Shown here: positions 62,128-64,000 of the stretch, in pieces
Position numbering within the stretch: the first letter of the stretch is position 1
Layout of the letters: every line of letters starts with the position of its first letter
Source of the DNA: Eutreptiella sp. 'Long Island Sound 2002'
Taxonomy: Eukaryota > Protista > Euglenida
DNA length: 64,000 nt
Assembly (NCBI GenBank): GCA_964036045.1
Contig: OZ038378.1
Coordinates: 182,342,001-182,406,000, forward strand
Direction: 5' to 3'
Translations under genes and position numbers: made by a program
The notes under the pieces: generated by a model
Seen by the model: only the letters and a program-made list of their open reading frames with translations
Told to the model about the DNA's origin: nothing
Databases searched by the model: none

Positions 62128-62808
62128 CTATGTTTGCCAACAGCCGTACATACGCCCCAGTTCATGGTTCAGTTCTCTTTCCTGTCCCCATTCCGGTGTC
62201 ATGGTGTCTGGACGCCCTTTCGCAATGCGTGGCCTTCCTGCCCCACCCCACGTGCCTGTGACAGAGGCATCAGCCCGTGAAGGCGGTACGGTGGGGGGAC
62301 GGGGAGGGAGATGGGGAGCGGGGAGCGATCGCGGGGGGTCGTTGAACGCGTCGCTAGCTTTTTGTCTCTTGGACCGCTCCTGACACCACTTCTCCCCACA
62401 GACGGGGCAGCTGTAGTAAGCGAACCCCCGTTTGCCTCGGAGCCGCCTCCAGTGCTCCTTGTGGTCGCACCGCCCGTTCGGGTACAAGGGGAACTGCCGT
62501 GAACCGCCGTGACCAGTCATCGGCCCCGGCGTGGAGCCGGAGGTCGAAACGAGTGCACCGAGCGGTGGTGGGCACTCCGGGGCACTGCACCCGGGCCTTG
62601 GGCTGGACGAAGACGATGAGTCTGGGGCCGTAAAATCGGAGTCCGGCGGGTTGCCGACTGCATTGGGGTCGCTGCTGTGCACAACCTCACTCGGGAGGGC
62701 AGCGCCAGGGGATGGCAGCCACCATACGGTCTGCAGCGCTGTGACGTCGATGACCACTTTCCACGAGAACAGGTCGCTGATGGGAGTCTTCGGTGGGTCC
62801 GTTGGCAT
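62128..62808 (-). CDS. Putative low-complexity protein with one C-x-H...C-x2-C zinc-ribbon motif; start uncertain
   Basis: The ORF contains FPLYPNGRCDHKEHWRRLRGKRGFAYYSCPVCGEKW within Ser/Pro-rich sequence. CTCCCCTGCTTTGCATCAG lies directly before ATG 62808 (MPTDPP...), which looks like an acceptor. Confidence 0.55.
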   Translation of the reverse strand: MPTDPPKTPISDLFSWKVVIDVTALQTVWWLPSPGAALPSEVVHSSDPNAVGNPPDSDFTAPDSSSSSSPRPGCSAPECPPPLGALVSTSGSTPGPMTGHGGSRQFPLYPNGRCDHKEHWRRLRGKRGFAYYSCPVCGEKWCQERSKRQKASDAFNDPPRSLPAPHLPPRPPTVPPSRADASVTGTWGGAGRPRIAKGRPDTMTPEWGQERELNHELGRMYGCWQT

Positions 62809-64000
62809 CTGATGCAAAGCAGGGGAGCTGAGGTGGAGACCACTGCCGCACGGCTAATGGGGGCTGATTGGCCTGAGGGGGCGTGGGGCCCGGTTTGTGG
62901 GCTAGGGCGGGGCCATGAGCAACGGATACTGGGCTCACACATGCCCCCGTGACACAGGCATATGGGCTAGGGCGGGGGGGGGGGGGGGGGTTATGCCGAT
63001 TGGTTCAGTGGTGTTGCCCTTGATCAGGAGAAAACCTGCTGTGGCTGAGGCTGTGGAAGGGCCTTGCAGGCGCCGGGTTCTTGGAGCAGCGGTGTAAAAG
63101 ATAAAATGGCTGTTGTAATGGACCAAAACGTTTGGGAGCAATGGATGGACACATGGTGGCCTAAGGAAGTGAACTTGTGGCACCGCGACCCTCAACTCCA
63201 AGTTCATGGCCAAGAAAGAAAGCTGAAGGCCCCCCACAGCCGCTTCCAACCCCTACAAAATTCACGAGGGGGAGGTTGTGTGGACGGGGGGGGGCAGAAG
63301 ATGAACAGGTGCGCCCCAGCACGCATACGCTTTACAAGAGAAACAGACACCATTGTGTGCAGCAAAGGCGAGGGTGTCCATTGCCACTGCACGCGACGGA
63401 GCAACAGAAAGTGAGGGAAACACGCAATATAGGAACCCTGGACCCTTTCCCTGGAGCTGAACTGGACCTAAAGCTAATACCCATCCCTTTACATGTGTAG
63501 GCCCAACTTTTCCAATTTTCTATTTGTCCCTGAGTCTTGCTAAAGGACTTCGTGGTCGTGGGCAAGAAGCCCTCAAACAAATCCACACCAGTTCAAGAAT
63601 TGATAGCAACTATCCAGAAGCCACCAAGAATCAAAAGGAACAAGTCAGAATCCACTAGGAATTTGCACTAACCACCAAGAAGCACCCAGGAAGTAACAGG
63701 AACCATCTAGAAAGCCTCTAGGAATCATCCTGAAAAATCTAGGAATTCTTGCCGTCGTGAGTTTGAGGGTATTCTCTCTGGAAACATCCAAAACATACCA
63801 CACCATGCATGCACCATGCAACAACAGCCCCCATGTTGTAAATTGAGTAACTTTTTTAACACTAAACGACATGGCCGCCAGTTGCAGTACATGAAACAGC
63901 CCACCCCATCCCCATCGCTCGCTCTGTGTCCAGGTATAGGCTTGGTGGTGCACAAAGGACACCGTCCAAAAATGGGTGTTCTCTTGCACCAGGTGGCACA

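Noticed and set aside
1-64000. rRNA, tRNA, 5S-linked SL RNA gene and telomeric TTAGGG arrays
   Set aside because: None was recognised by eye; tRNAscan-SE or Infernal would be needed to exclude small RNA genes.

Overview
Repeat-rich, intron-rich eukaryotic DNA, most likely from a euglenid. The basis is a 23-nt exact match to the euglenid spliced-leader sequence at 3882-3904, recalled rather than searched. Two multi-exon minus-strand genes were reconstructed by hand with frame-consistent GT-AG introns. One is an ankyrin plus methyltransferase RMT2 homologue (11939 down to <35, running off the window). The other is an ApaH-like metallophosphatase (about 22844 to 18155, 5' end unresolved). An intronless 628-aa ORF (46900-48786, minus) looks like a Dicer with the nuclease part missing: degenerate SF2 helicase lobes, a DUF283-like segment and a C-terminal dsRBD, with no PAZ or RNase III visible. 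A small zinc-ribbon ORF lies at 62128-62808. The rest is mobile or repetitive DNA: a hAT/CGGBP1-like element with TIRs and a TSD, a 5'-truncated non-LTR retrotransposon with a 15-bp TSD and a duplicated Cys/His motif, RNase H and Ty3/gypsy fragments, MITE-like repeats, a 2.64-kb tandem array, related 85-bp and ~102-bp satellites, and microsatellites. All domain calls come from motifs recognised by eye; no searches were run.
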